The translations under genes and the position numbers were made by a program. The notes beneath the pieces are model-generated. The model saw only the letters and a program-made list of their open reading frames with translations. It made no database searches and was not told where the DNA came from. Of a stretch of 64,000 bases of DNA, positions 35,211-47,384 are shown piece by piece (positions within the stretch are counted from its first letter, which is position 1; each line of letters starts with the position of its first letter). This DNA is from Lama guanicoe (lineage: Eukaryota): NCBI GenBank assembly GCA_013239625.1, contig MU053559.1:1-64000 (forward strand), read 5' to 3'.

Positions 35211-35999
35211 TTCCCCCAGAAGCCTCCCACATGAGAGGATATAGTCCAGTGCAGAGAGAAGGTGGTGACCTCTGGTCCCTCTCTGCCCACCCGATGCCTC
35301 AGCCCTCACTTTGCAAAGGTCCTGGCTCTAAGCATCATCAGCATCACTTCTCTCACACCCCAGACCCCTCTCTAATGGCCTTCTGGGACTCTGTGGGCTA
35401 CCACCCTCGTTCAGCTTTCCTCCTCTTCTCTGGCCAGTCCTCTCATGGAGCGAGTGACAGTAAGGGAGAGATGGTTTGGGGAGATGTAGCCCACACCTCT
35501 GACCCCGAAAGAGAAAACCAGCCCCTGCTCTCAGGAGGGAGCAGGTCCTGGAGTAGGGAATGGGGCCTCGGCTTCTAGAACTGGCCTGGTTTATAGTCAC
35601 AGGAGATGGGTAGGGAACATTCAGATGCAAGTCCACAGGGAGCAAGGGGTCATTAATCAACCTCAGGGATATCCCTAAAGTCCGCTCCCCAGGACTCCTT
35701 CCTGACAAGCATGCTCCTCATGCCCTCTCTGGCTCCCAATGACAGGCCACATCTGTTAAGCCCCTGCTATACGCAGGGTCCCTGCAGGCCTCCAGTGTGA
35801 GATCTCACCCACCTTGGTGCCTCCCTGGATGCCCAGCACACACAGGTCATCTTTTGGTCTCAGACATGTCCCACCAACTCTGAAGCCTCAAGCAGTGAAA
35901 GTTTTGTTTTGAACTAATGGTAGGGAGGGTTGGTTTTTTTTTTTTTATTGTTGTTGTTGGCTGATTTTTTTTTAGGTCTTTTTTTTTTCTATTCACCTT

Positions 36000-36420
36000 T
36001 TTTTTTTTCTTGTCTTCACAAAGCCAGGCCACCAGGCCCCCTCTGGGCTTTTCCAGAAAGGTGAGTCTGAGTTGAGCAAAGAAGTTCTCTTTCTTTCAAG
36101 GATTTGGGAGGTTGGCTGGGAGGAAAAGAGGCAAAGGGGCAAAGGGGCAAAGGGGTGGGTCTCGACCACTAGGTTTATACCATGTGAGCCAAAAGCTGTT
36201 TCCAATTTCTCTTTCCCAGGCCTGAAGCCAGTCTTGCAGAGGGGTTGGAGTGGACGTTGGATGACGGAACCCTGGGCCACGCGGGGTCCTGGAGAGCCAA
36301 GAGCTGGAAGTATCAGCCATGGCCTACCAGGAGAAGCCCCTGGGGGCTGGTCTCCCGTGTTGGTTGGTTGCAGGGGGTGCCCGCTGAGGTGCGGAAACGC
36401 AGCCTCCAGTTCTTGAACAA
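36000..36420 (+). ncRNA. FLICR: FLICR-like lncRNA 5' exons (intron 36061..36219); transcript ends not determinable
   Basis: ~1.8 kb upstream of the FOXP3 TSS, same strand; donor GGGCTTTTCCAGAAAG|GTGAGT and acceptor TTTCTCTTTCCCAG|GCCTGAAGCC; the spliced junction resembles recalled human FLICR sequence. Confidence 0.6.
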
Positions 36421-37429
36421 CCTTAAAGCTTCAAGTCCCCAGAAGACTCTCCAAATCACAGAAGCTCCTACTGCATCTGAGAATTTAAAACCTGAGACCA
36501 TTGAGCTCAAGGAAACCCAAGGGTTTCAAAGCCCAGCACCTGTGGAATGCAAGACCCTATCCGCCAGCTCTGTGATCTTGGGCAAGTTGCCCGACTACTT
36601 CGCGCCTCCGTTTTCCTCATCTGTATGACGGCCATGATGACGAGATGGACCTCCAAGGGATGTGATGAGGACCGAACACAATCGACTGTGAGCAGTGTTC
36701 AGCGCTGTGTCTAGCACATGGAAAATTCGAGATAAATGTCAGCTCCAGGGACTATGGCGGACACTTGGACTCCTAAATCCTTCGGAACTGGGATTTTTTT
36801 GAAGCAGAAAATCACAGAGGCTGGGGCCTCAGGAAGCATCAGGCCGAGCTGTCCCTTACCATGAGAGGGTTGTGATCCAAATGGGCCTCTGGGCTTTGTG
36901 AAGATGGAGGCATTAATACTGGGGCCTTGTTGGGACCTTCCCTATAGATGAGCATCTAGGTCAGAGATCTCAGTCCCTAAGATGTGATGAGGCAAGACTT
37001 TTCTCTCTTTCCTCACTCAGGGATGCACAGTGGGTTCTGGGAGCCAGTGATTCTCAGACTCTTGGATTCTGTGAATTGTGGAGGGTAGGGAGGGACTCTC
37101 TGCTTTTTTCTTCATGAAGTAACTTCCATGCCCCTTCCTTGGGAAGATGAGTTGCAAGAGTTTTCCAGAGCTCCTGATCCCTGGGCAGTGAGAGCATGAC
37201 AACCATACTGATTCCACCTGAGGGGAAACTGAGGTCCAGAGCAGAGCAAGGCCTCTGGAAACCCAGCCCTATACCGTTTCTTTTCCTGGCATTTCCCATC
37301 CACACATAGCATCTCAGTTCCTCTCTTCCTTTCCCTAGGGACCCTCAAATATCCTCTCACTCACAGACTGGTATTTCTGCCTGCCTGGGTTGCCCCTGTG
37401 ATTTATTTGATTATTTGAGTTCTTTTTCT

Positions 37430-37798
37430 CTTTTTTTTTCTAACTCTACACACTTTTGTTTAAAAAACTGTGGTTTCTCACGAGCCCTGTTATCTCATTG
37501 ATACCTCTCACCTCTGTAGTGAGGGGAAGAAATCATATTTTCAGATGACTCGTAAAGGGCAAAGAAAAAACCCAAAATTTCAAAATTTCCGTTTAAGTCT
37601 CATAATCAAGAAGAGGAGAAACAGAGCGAGAGAGAGAGAGCGAGAGAGCAAAAACGATGAGAACCCCCCCCACCCCGTGATTATCAGCATACACACTCAT
37701 CGAAAAAAAAATTGGATTATTAGAAGAGAGAGGTCTGTGGCTTCCACACCGTGGTTTTTCTTCTCAGTATAAAAGCAAAGTTGTTTTTGATATGTGAC
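37430..37798 (+). promoter_or_regulatory. FOXP3: FOXP3 core promoter
   Basis: TATAAAA at 37768-37774; RUNX TGTGGT at 37469; NFAT/AP-1-like AAATTTCC and TGACTC; GA repeat; closely matches the conserved human/mouse promoter. Confidence 0.92.
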
Positions 37799-37848
37799 AG
37801 TTTCCCACAAGCCGGGCTGATCCTTTTCTGTCAGTCCACTTCGCCGAG
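37799..37848 (+). other. FOXP3: FOXP3 non-coding first exon (5'UTR)
   Basis: AGTTTCCCACAAGCCGGGCTGATCCTTTTCTGTCAGTCCACTTCGCCGAG|GTGAGT matches the human first exon; TSS approximate. Confidence 0.9.
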
Positions 37849-38194
37849 GTGAGTGTCCCCGCTCTCCCCTACCAGATAATGGGTCCAGCAGAAGAGACGA
37901 CAGTGAGGTAGGCACTGGGGGGTCAGGGGCCCTCCGGGACAGTCAAGAGATGCACACAGCGACCGCGGTCCTGGTCAGGTAAGGTATTTTTTACAATACT
38001 AATAGTAATAGCAAAGGCCAGAGGACGGATGGGTAAAGTACTTCATTAACGCTTGGGCAGAGGCAAAGATAAGCAAATGGATCCATGTGTGGATGGGTAG
38101 GATTTTTAAAATATATCAACTGCCAGTCTTTGTGAATCGCAGAGCTTTGAACGACTTGAAACACTGTACAGGTGTAAGTGGAAATTTCAGCTAT

Positions 38195-38460
38195 GTCTCT
38201 CACATCTCTTGGGCTGTGGTCTCTCTCGAGACCTCCCATCCCTCTCTGTCTCACTCTTTTCATGTTTCTCTGCCCCTCTCTTTCTCTGTTTCCCTGGCAC
38301 ACAGATTCTCCATCTCTCTATCTTTCTCTGGCTCTGACTGTCTTCCCTGCCGCTGTCTCCTCCATCTTGACCGCACTCCATCTGTCTCCTTTCCTCCGTC
38401 TCTCCCACTGCCTCTCCTGCTCACTCGTCTTACCTTCCCTCTGCCTGCCTTCCCCCAACC
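38195..38460. repeat. CT-rich low-complexity tract
   Basis: Strongly pyrimidine-biased degenerate (CT/TCTG)n. Confidence 0.8.
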
Positions 38461-39579
38461 CACCCCCCAGCATCCAGCACAGAGCTTTGTACAGTTGGCG
38501 CTTAATAATAGTGTGTTGAGTAATGACGAGGAGGACACTTACATCTTACAAGAATGAACATCAGTTCTGTTTACCCCCATCAAAGGAGGATTGTGGGCTG
38601 TCTAGTCAGGCTGAACCCTTAACTGAACTTGTGCTTGTACCACATGAGAGGAGACCCTCCTGAGGGGACACCTCACGCCATTGTCAACCATGGTTAGTTA
38701 AGCTGTGGGTCCTCCCCTCAGGACCTTGGTGGGGTGGGGGCGGCCAGGATCCATGTCCAGGAACAGAGCAGACCATTCAGGGCTGAGGTAACCCCATCTC
38801 TGCAGGCTTAGAAAGTGCTCACTGAGTTTTAACTGTTAGTCTTTTTTAACCAAATTAGAATCATGCTATCTAGCGATCTGTTGGTTTTGTTTCTGCTGTA
38901 TTCAGTGAATAGGAGCAGTTTTGTAGATCACTGAAAAATGTTTCAACATATGATCTTCCATAACTGTCCAGACCGTCCTCACATTGATACGAACCATGAC
39001 TGGTTTGACCAAGTGCTGATTTTTGGACATTCAGGTTGTTTCTAGTTTTTCCCCATAATCATCCCTGATTAGTTCCCCAGATTCCTGCAAAACCAGTGGC
39101 TAGGGCACAGAATTTGTGCATTTTTAAGGTTTCTGACCCTCTCTGCAAATTGTTCTTCCAAAAGGTTGTCCTGTTTTATGCTCCCTCTACTCAAGCTAAC
39201 TGTGGGTGGGTATTAACATTTTTTAATCCTTTCTCAACATAGCAGGTAAGAAAAAATATTACCATGTTGTTGAAATTTGCATCCTTTGATTACCTACACT
39301 GTTTATTGACCATTTGTGCTTTTTTTTATTATTTTAGTTGTCTGGTCATGTCTTTAGTCCTAATCAGGTGTTCATCTTTTTTTATTGATTGATTTGTCAC
39401 AACACTTTATATAAAAGGATATTAGCCTTCCATCAGCCATACATAGATAGCAAATATTTTCTCTCAAGTCATCATTTGCTGAAGTTGTTTTTCTCTTTGT
39501 TTATGCTGTTTTGCGATGCTTATGGTGTTTTTATATTGTCAAAGAGGTTAATCTTTTCTTCTGTGGTTACTGTCTCTGG

Positions 39580-39745
39580 TTTTGTGCTTAGAAAGTCCTT
39601 TCCCACTTGAAAATGAGATAAATGTTCACCTCTGTTGGCTTCTTTTGTCTTTTATGGCTTCATTTTTTCCATTACTGTAGAGGTTAAGAGTGTGGGTACT
39701 GGAGCCAGACTGTCTGGGACAAACCCAGCCTCACCCCAAGCAATC
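39580..39745. promoter_or_regulatory. FOXP3 CNS1 (TGF-beta/Smad3-NFAT enhancer)
   Basis: NFAT TTTTTTCCA at 39663-39671; Smad site AGACTGTCT at 39707-39715; ~1.9 kb into the first intron. Confidence 0.9.
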
Positions 39746-39925
39746 TGTGTGATTTTTAGCCAGGCATTTAACCTCTCTGTACCTCCATTTCCTCATATGT
39801 ACTGTGATGGTTATAATAGTACCAACTTCAAAGGGTGGTTGTGAGAATTAAATCTATCAGCCTTGTTAAATGCTTAGCATAGGGCCTGGCATACAATAAA
39901 CCCAAGATCAATATTAGATATTATT
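39676..39925 (+). mobile_element. MIR SINE overlapping CNS1
   Basis: TGTAGAGGTTAAGAGTGTGGGTACTGGAGCCAGACTG..TTAACCTCTCTGTACCTCCATTTCCTCAT..GTGAGAATTAAA..GGGCCTGGCATACAATAA. Confidence 0.88.
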
Positions 39926-40324
39926 ATTTATCTCTTTAATGGATCTCGAATTTATTTTAGGGCAGGTGATGATGGTGAAACTGGGCAGGGAGGGGGTTGG
40001 GGAAATGGACTATATTAGTCATGAACTTAATTTTCCTCTTAATTATCCCAGAAACATTTGTTAAACAAGCTCTCCTCCAGCATCTACCAGTTTGCAATGC
40101 CACGCTCATCACAAATTCGATTCCCTCTGGATGTTGGTCTGTATCTGAGTTTTTCTATTCCGTTCTGTTCCTCGGTGTCTGTTCTGGTACTGGGGCCATA
40201 GTGCCTTGCTGATTGTCACTTTTCAATACTATGCAGGACACAGCCAGGGGTCCTGGCGTCTTGCCCTCAGTTAGTCTTCACTATTTCAGGCAGCATCAGC
40301 TCCTCCAACAACTGTTCTTATTTG

Positions 40325-40650
40325 GAGCATCTTTCTCTCCATCTCTCTCTCTTTCTGTCCCACTCCACCTCCCCGTCTCTCTATCTCTCTCCCCATATCC
40401 CTGTATTGTTTCTATCTCTCTTGTTTTTTGTTTCTCTCACTTCTGTCTCCCTCTTTGTGTGTCCTTCTAGGACTTTCTGTTCCTATGGGCCCCTCCCCAC
40501 TCCTCGCTGTCTCTCCTCTCCACATCTCTGTGTCTGTCGTTCTCTTTGTCTCTCTCTGTCCCACCTCGTGTCCCTCCCATCTCTCTCTGTATCTCTTGTT
40601 CTCTGTGTCTCTCTGTTTCCCAATGTCTGTCTAGCTCTACTTCTGTCTCT
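40325..40650. repeat. CT-rich low-complexity tract
   Basis: Degenerate (TCTC/TGTC)n, almost purely pyrimidine on the + strand. Confidence 0.8.
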
Positions 40651-41929
40651 CAGCCAGTCCTCTGGGTAGAGAGGCAGTGGTCAAATCAGAGCCCTGCTGA
40701 CACCTAACACCTCACCTGGACACATGACAGAAGGTCCTTGGCCTTCACCTGCTCCATATCTCTCCCCTTCCCAGCGTACAGAGGAGCAAATTGAGGCCAG
40801 GAGATGGGCGGGAGGCCCTCTCCGAAAGCCTCACAGAGATGCAGTGGCAGATTTGAGACCCACGCTCAGATCTCAGGACTCTCTGTGGGGCCCTGGCTCT
40901 GGCTCTCTTCTCTGCTGTGGGTCTCAGTTTACCCCTTGGCACCTATGAGGCGGGCAGGGGGCCCTGGGCTTCGCCCCCTCTACTGCTGCTGTTCCCCCTT
41001 CTGCCTTCTTCCAGGTTGGACCCTCATGGTCACAGTGTGGGTCCAGTCTCACAAGAGCGAGGCTGGGTGGGATCCCAGGGCCCCATGGGTTAGGAGGCCT
41101 CGTGGCCAGAGGGTGGTGATATTGGAGGGACAGAAGTCAGTCTTTCTGTGAGTCTGGCTGTGGACAGAGATCAGCCATGTCCCCAGAGTTGGCACTGGTC
41201 CCTGGGAACCTCTATCTGGGGGCCCCTCCAGAGAGCCTGGTGGTGGGCTCTGTACTGGCAAAAGTCAGGGCTCTGCCTGCTCCCGCCATGAGGCATGAGT
41301 CAAAGGTCCATCGGCCTCAGTGTCCCCTTCCTTCCCTTTTCATCTCTGGCAGAGTGACTGGAGTCTGGGAGCGCTGTCCCCAAATGAACAGGGAGACTGA
41401 GGTCCAGCAGGGGTCCATCTACCAATCACGGACAATTTGTTAAGCATTTCATGTACATGATCTTGGGGAGATGGGTACTATTTTTGTCCCAGTTTACATA
41501 TGAGCCTGAGGAGAGTTATAGCGAGTTAGTGTCAGCAGCTGGCCCCGGGCTAGGGGAACAGAGGGGCTGATTCTAGAAGACACTCCTGGCGCCACAGAAC
41601 TTAAGAGGGAAGCTGAGGGGAGGCTTCCTGCAATTCCAGGCCTGGTGAGCGGGAGGCACTCTGAAGTCGTGAGCTTCCTCTCCTTTGGGAAGTTTTGGCA
41701 AGTTTGGACACCAGGGACATTGGCCTTCCCATACTGAGAAGTCAGACCTGTGGATCCCACAGAGTCTGTGGGTTTGAGATTCTGAGGTCCTTTGAATCAA
41801 AAAATGATGTTCAACGATTCTCAGGTTCTCGGCATAGTATCGTTTGGAGACTCTGAGGGGCCCAATCTCTGTGAGGTCTGCATGGCGCTCCCCAAACATC
41901 AAACCTTGAGCCTCTCCATGGCCCCAGAA

Positions 41930-42480
41930 GGGCCAAGTTAGACCCAGGGCCCAGGGCTTGTCATGGCGGCCAGATGGACGTCATTCACCACATCCGCCAG
42001 CACCCACATCACCCCACCTGGGCCAAGCTGGCTGCAGGATGGGACGGCCAATTCTCGGAACGAAACCCGTGGGGTAGGGTATCTGCCCCCTTCTCTTCCT
42101 CCTTGGTACCGATGAAGCCCAGCGCATCCGGCCGCCATGACGTCAATGGCGGAAATATCTGGGGAAGTCGGGGGCTGTGACAACAGGGCCCAGATGCAGA
42201 CCCCGATATGAAAACACAATCTGTGTCCCAGAAACATCCTCCATGTAGCTTCTGAGAAACAGTCAGAAAGGGACGCCCCAACAGACAGTGCAGGAAGCCG
42301 GCTGCCCAGCCTGGCCCTCCAGGTCGCCCACCACCAGACAGACCATATCCACGGCCCCTTTCTGAGAATGTATCTATGCTGCCCTGAATCAGGCTGCTCC
42401 AGATGTGTCTGGGGAGGTGATTTCTTATAAGCTCTGGCCAAGGGTCCAGGCAGCTTGAGAAGTGACCACAGACCAGCCGT
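41930..42480. promoter_or_regulatory. FOXP3 CNS2 / TSDR
   Basis: Local CpG cluster; CRE TGACGTCA 42138-42145; ETS GGCGGAAAT; STAT5 GAS TTCTCGGAA 42052-42060 and TTCTGAGAA 42250-42258 and 42360-42368; RUNX ACCACA 41987. Confidence 0.93.
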
Positions 42481-42524
42481 GTGGGCCAGGCCAGAGTGGT
42501 GGCAGCCACTCATCCACTAAAATT

Positions 42525-42765
42525 GGTATTAGTTTGCTCAGGTCTTCCGTAACAAAGTCCCACAAACTGTGGGGGCTTAAACAACAGTAAGGTATTGTCT
42601 CATAGTTCGGGAGGCCAGAAGGCCAAGATCAAGGTGTTGGCAGAGTTGGTTCTGTGTAGGGCTACAGTGGGGGAATCTGTTCGGGCCTCTCTCCTAGCTT
42701 CGGGTGGTTTGCTGGCAATCTTTGGCATTCCTTGGCTTGTACAAGCACCACCCTGATCTCTGCCT
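42525..42765 (-). mobile_element. MaLR LTR (MLT1C-like) fragment
   Basis: TATTAGTTTGCT..GTAACAAAG..GGCTTAAACAACAG..GGAGGCCAGAAG.CCAAGATCAAGGTGTTGGCAG..TTTGGCATTCCTTGGCTTGT. Confidence 0.8.
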
Positions 42766-44448
42766 GCCTTCATCCACTCACTTGCTCACCTCTTTGTGGT
42801 CACCAACATTCTCTCCTGCCCGTGTTCTGAGCCTCCCTAGACCCAGGCTCCTGATTCTCACACAGTAATGTCCTAGACCCTACCCTACCCTGTAACCCTA
42901 GAGACTAAGGGTTTAATACCTGGATTCTCACCCACACCTCCCTCAGCACCAGAGCTCTGACAGCCCCCATGAGCCGACAGCAAAGAAAAGAAGGAACAAC
43001 TGCTCCCTCAGAACCCCTCCTTGTACCACTCCCAGGCTGCTGTCGGCAGCTGTGTGCCCAACTCAGTGTTGTGGGGTGCAGTAAGGAGACACACACACAC
43101 ACACTTTCTGGAGAAAGAAGTAGAGCTTTCAAGTCACCATGGGACTGGAGAATGCTGCACCTGGGTGTCCCTTCAGTAGAATGGAGGTTGGACTAGACAG
43201 TCCCTTCCAGCTCTGGCTTCCTCTCAGACTGGGAATCACAGGATTCCCAGAAACCAAGGCCCTGCCGATCGGGGAGTGTAAGGTTCTGGAACCATTTTAG
43301 AGGGCTTTCTGGATAGGGCTGGGGGAGGAGAAGAGGAGAAGGAGCAGGCATTCCAGGCAGGTGGAACAGCAAAGTAGACTTGGAGACAGGCTTGGAGAGC
43401 AGAGATTGGGGTACACCCTGGTGAGGGTTGAGTTGAGGAGCTCCCTTGGGCCCTGGCTCAAGAGAGCCCATCTCTTCTCCTCTCTGGCACCTGCCCTGCC
43501 AGCTCTGTGCAACGAAGGAGCCCAGACGTGATCAGACCTGGCCCATCTGAGCTCGACTCCTCTACTCGGCTTCTGCCCAGCATTGCCACTTGCATGTCTA
43601 ATACCAGACCTCATGTCCATCCACACCATCACCCCAACCCTACCCCCATCTCCTCCATCTCAGTTAATGTCAGCTCTGTCCTCCAAGCTGCCCAGGCGAA
43701 TACCCAGAAGACACCTTGACCCTCCTTCTCCCACTCCCCACATCCAAGCAGCCAGCAAATTCTCCTGACTCCACCCTCAAAACATTATTCAGAATCCAAC
43801 CACTTCTCACCCTCACCACTGCCACCATCCTGGTCTAGACTGTCACTAGCCTGGACTATTGCAGTAGCCTCCTCACTAGTCCCCCTGCTTCTGCCCTCAC
43901 CTTCCTAGAGTCTGCCCCTCTCACAGCAGCCAGAGCGAACTTTTGAGCCCATGCCCACCATCCACTCCCAGATATGCCCAAGTCACTGGAGTAAAATAAT
44001 TCTCCCAGCAAAAAATCAGACCAGACCCAGTGGGATCAGTGAAGATTGTGTGGACTGTTCTGGGTTCAGGGAGGACAGGAGGGCTGAGGCTCGAAGACGA
44101 CCACTCAAGTGCTGACACCTACACTGGTGGAGGTCCAGAAAACCACCCTGAATCCCCCATCACCCTTGAGGAGGACACATTCTCACCAGGGCTGTGCCAG
44201 CATGCTCTGGGGCCATGCAGATCTGCACACCTGTGTTCCTGACACCAATGTGTGTGTGCATGTGCACCATGAGCTGGGGTGTGACCAGAGCTGGGGTCCC
44301 TTGGGGACATGCACAAATGCCTGCTCTGACCAGAGTGGGCATCCATGTGGTTCCAGTGGTTGAGTATTTCACATACCCCACCCCTCCCCAGCGCATGTCT
44401 AATTCCTTCCCTCTGTGTCCCCACAGCCTGCCCTTGGACAAGGACCCA

Positions 44449-44658
44449 ATGCCCAACCCCAGGCCAGCCAAGCCCTTGGCCCCTTCCTTGGTGCTCGGCC
44501 CATCACCAGGAGCCTCACCCAGCTGGAGGGCTGCACCCAAGGCCCCAGACCAGCTGGGAGCCAAGGGCCCGGGGACAACCTTCCAGGGCCGGGACCTCAG
44601 AGGGGGGGCCCACGCCTCCTCTTCCTCCTTGAACCCCATGCCACCATCGCAGCTGCAG
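44449..44658 (+). CDS. FOXP3: FOXP3 coding exon 1 (exon begins 44427)
   Basis: CCACAG|CCTG..ATG 44449 [45 protein letters not shown]; 210 nt. Confidence 0.98.
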
Positions 44659-44669
44659 GTGAGGCCTAG

Positions 44670-44900
44670 GGCCCAAGATGGGGCAGGCAGGGTGGGGTAC
44701 CTGGGTGTACAGGTGCCGACCTTTACTGTGGCACTGGGCGGGGGGCCCAGCTGGAGCACAGGAAGTGGTTTTCTGGGTCCCAGGCAAGTCTGTGACTTAT
44801 GCAGATGTCGTGGGGCCAAGAAAGTCCCCACTTAACAGGTCTCAGAGATTCAAGGCTCTCCCCGATCTCCCGATCCCTGTCTCAGGAGAGGAGACCCTAT
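44670..44900. promoter_or_regulatory. FOXP3 CNS3 (c-Rel pioneer element)
   Basis: Immediately after coding exon 1; ETS CAGGAAGT and NF-kB-like AGAAAGTCCCC at ~44819-44829. Confidence 0.75.
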
Positions 44901-45171
44901 CATGGTCCCATGGGCAGATCCATGTGTGTCTCCATCCCCATGTGACAGAGGCAAGGGAGGTGAGGTGACAGGGTGGAGGCCAGCTTTGCCACTTATTGGC
45001 TGTCTGACCTTGAAAAAGTCACCTGATCTCCCTAAGCCTCAGTTTCCACATATGTAAAATGGGGATGGTCACAGCATTTAGCAGCAGGGTTGTGGTGAGG
45101 AGTCTATGAGTTAGATGTGTAGAACAGTGAGGGTGAGAATGACATGTCACCTGCCTGCCTTCTCTCCCCAG

Positions 45172-45276
45172 CTGCCCACAGTCCCCCTTGTCATGGTGGC
45201 ACCCTCCGGAACACGGCTGGGTCCCTCTCCCCACCTGCAGGCACTCCTCCAGGACAGGCCACACTTTGTGCATCAG
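45172..45276 (+). CDS. FOXP3: FOXP3 coding exon 2
   Basis: AG/GT flanked, 105 nt, [35 protein letters not shown] (LxxLL motif). Confidence 0.98.
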
Positions 45277-45360
45277 GTACCAACCTGGAATGGGCTGGGA
45301 GGAGGGAGCAGGTGGGAGAACTGGAGAGGGACCAGGCTGAACCAGGTCCCCTCCCCTTAG

Positions 45361-45499
45361 CTCTCAACAGTGGATGCCCATGCCCGGACCCCCGTGCTGC
45401 AGGTGCGCCCACTGGACAGCCCAGCTATGATCAGCCTCCCGCCACCCACTGCTGCTACTGGGGTCTTCTCCCTCAAGGCCCGGCCTGGCCTGCCACCTG
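45361..45499 (+). CDS. FOXP3: FOXP3 coding exon 3
   Basis: AG/GT flanked, 139 nt, [34 protein letters not shown](G). Confidence 0.98.
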
Positions 45500-45906
45500 G
45501 TAACACTGTACCCCGCAGCTCCACAGAACCCCCGAGCCCCCACTCCTTGAATGTGAGCAGTGTGGGCTGCTGAATCGCGGCCCCCAGGGAAGTCAGAGGT
45601 GTCAGGTCTTATCATCTTGGAAATTCCAACCTCTAAAAAAAGTGTCAGGCTCAGAACCTTGAAGATGCAGAATGTCAAAATCACGGAACCACAGATCTTT
45701 GCAAAGTTAGTCGAAATGTCAGCACTTGTGAGAGGCAGTCTTTGAGCTGCTCCACCAGAAACCTTGGATGTTAGGGACCACAGACCCCCCTGGGAGTCTG
45801 GACCTGCAATACTCAGGAAGAGGAGAAGCTCCAAATGGGAGGCCTTGTGGGCCAAGCTCCAGAGCTTGGCCCCCAGTCTCCAGAGGTGCCCTGTCCCCAC
45901 CTGCAG

Positions 45907-45994
45907 GGATCAACGTGACCAGCCTGGAGTGGGTGTCCAGGGAGCCAGCACTGCTCTGTGCCTTCCCAAGCCCCAGTGTGCCCAGGAAGGACAG
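45907..45994 (+). CDS. FOXP3: FOXP3 coding exon 4
   Basis: AG/GT flanked, 88 nt, [28 protein letters not shown]. Confidence 0.97.
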
Positions 45995-46063
45995 GTCAGT
46001 GTGCAGGGCTGGGAAGGCCCCTTGCCCTGCCGTCCCCTGCCCTGACATCCTTTGTCCCCCCAG

Positions 46064-46168
46064 CACCCTTTCGACTGTGCCCCAGGGCGCCTACTCACTG
46101 CTGGCAAATGGTGTCTGCAAGTGGCCCGGATGCGAGAAGGTCTTCGAGGAGCCAGAGGACTTCCTCAA
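46064..46168 (+). CDS. FOXP3: FOXP3 coding exon 5 (C2H2 zinc finger start)
   Basis: AG/GT flanked, 105 nt, [35 protein letters not shown]. Confidence 0.98.
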
Positions 46169-46587
46169 GTGAGTGGGCCAGGCCCGTTCCAGTCTGGGGG
46201 TGGGGGGGCCGGTTTGGGGGAGGAGGTCTGGGTTGCAGGTGTTAGTTCAGGGGGTTCAGATCCTGGCTCTCTCACTCACTGGCTCTGTGACCTTGGGCAA
46301 GTGACTTAGCTTCTCTGAGCCTTGGTTTCCTCATCTGTCTAACAGGGCATCATAATAGAGATGTGTGCTGTTATTTACCTCCATTTTACAGACAAAGAAA
46401 CTGAGGCCAAAGAGGTTAAGTGTCTTGATTCCAGATCATCCAGTTCCTGAGTGACAGCCAGGCTCCGGAATCCACACTCCCTACCTGCTTTGCCCTTCTA
46501 CCCAGCATGCCAACACACCAGCCTGACTTTATTGATTCCTCCAACTCCCAGCCCCTCTCAATGGCTGTTGCTACCTCCCCTCAGCCG

Positions 46588-46590
<3 letters not shown>

Positions 46591-46660
<70 letters not shown>
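46591..46660. repeat. Compound microsatellite (CT)25(CA)10 in FOXP3 intron 5
   Basis: Directly visible. Confidence 0.97.
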
Positions 46661-46661
<1 letters not shown>

Positions 46662-46946
46662 TTTCTCCAACCTTACCCAACTATCAGTGGCAATTCAATA
46701 CATCCTGTCCTCTTCACAACCAGGCCTTCGCACAGGCTGTCCCCTCCACCTGGAATGCCTTTCCTGCTCTCACTGACCTGGCCTGCTCTCAGCTCACCAC
46801 CCTTCCAACATCATCGCCAGCACCCTGGCCATGCAGTAGATGCCAAGTAGCATATGTTGAAGAAAGGACAGGTGTGAGAGGGAGACTGAGGGAGAAAGAG
46901 GCAAGCGAGGCTTAGCCTCCAAGGGTCCACCTCTCAGAGGGTCTGA

Positions 46947-47156
<210 letters not shown>

Positions 47157-47303
47157 TGAACCTTATGTCCATCCCGTGCATGGAGCTGGGGCTGGCATGA
47201 AAGAAGGAAGGGGGCAGGGCACTCCCAGGGAAGACCACAGTCTGGGCAAAGATGTGGCGGAGAAAGACCAGGTTGAGGCCTCACTCTGTGCCTGTCCTCA
47301 CAG

Positions 47304-47384
47304 CTGGTGCTGGAGAAGGAGAAGCTAGGTGCTATGCAGGCCCACCTGGCTGGGAAGATGGCCACAACCAAGGCTCCATCTGCG
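47304..47384 (+). CDS. FOXP3: FOXP3 coding exon 7 (leucine zipper)
   Basis: AG/GT flanked, 81 nt, [27 protein letters not shown]. Confidence 0.98.

Noticed and set aside
44194..44448. In-frame upstream extension of FOXP3
   Set aside because: Mostly intron upstream of the 44427 acceptor; the conserved start is ATG 44449.
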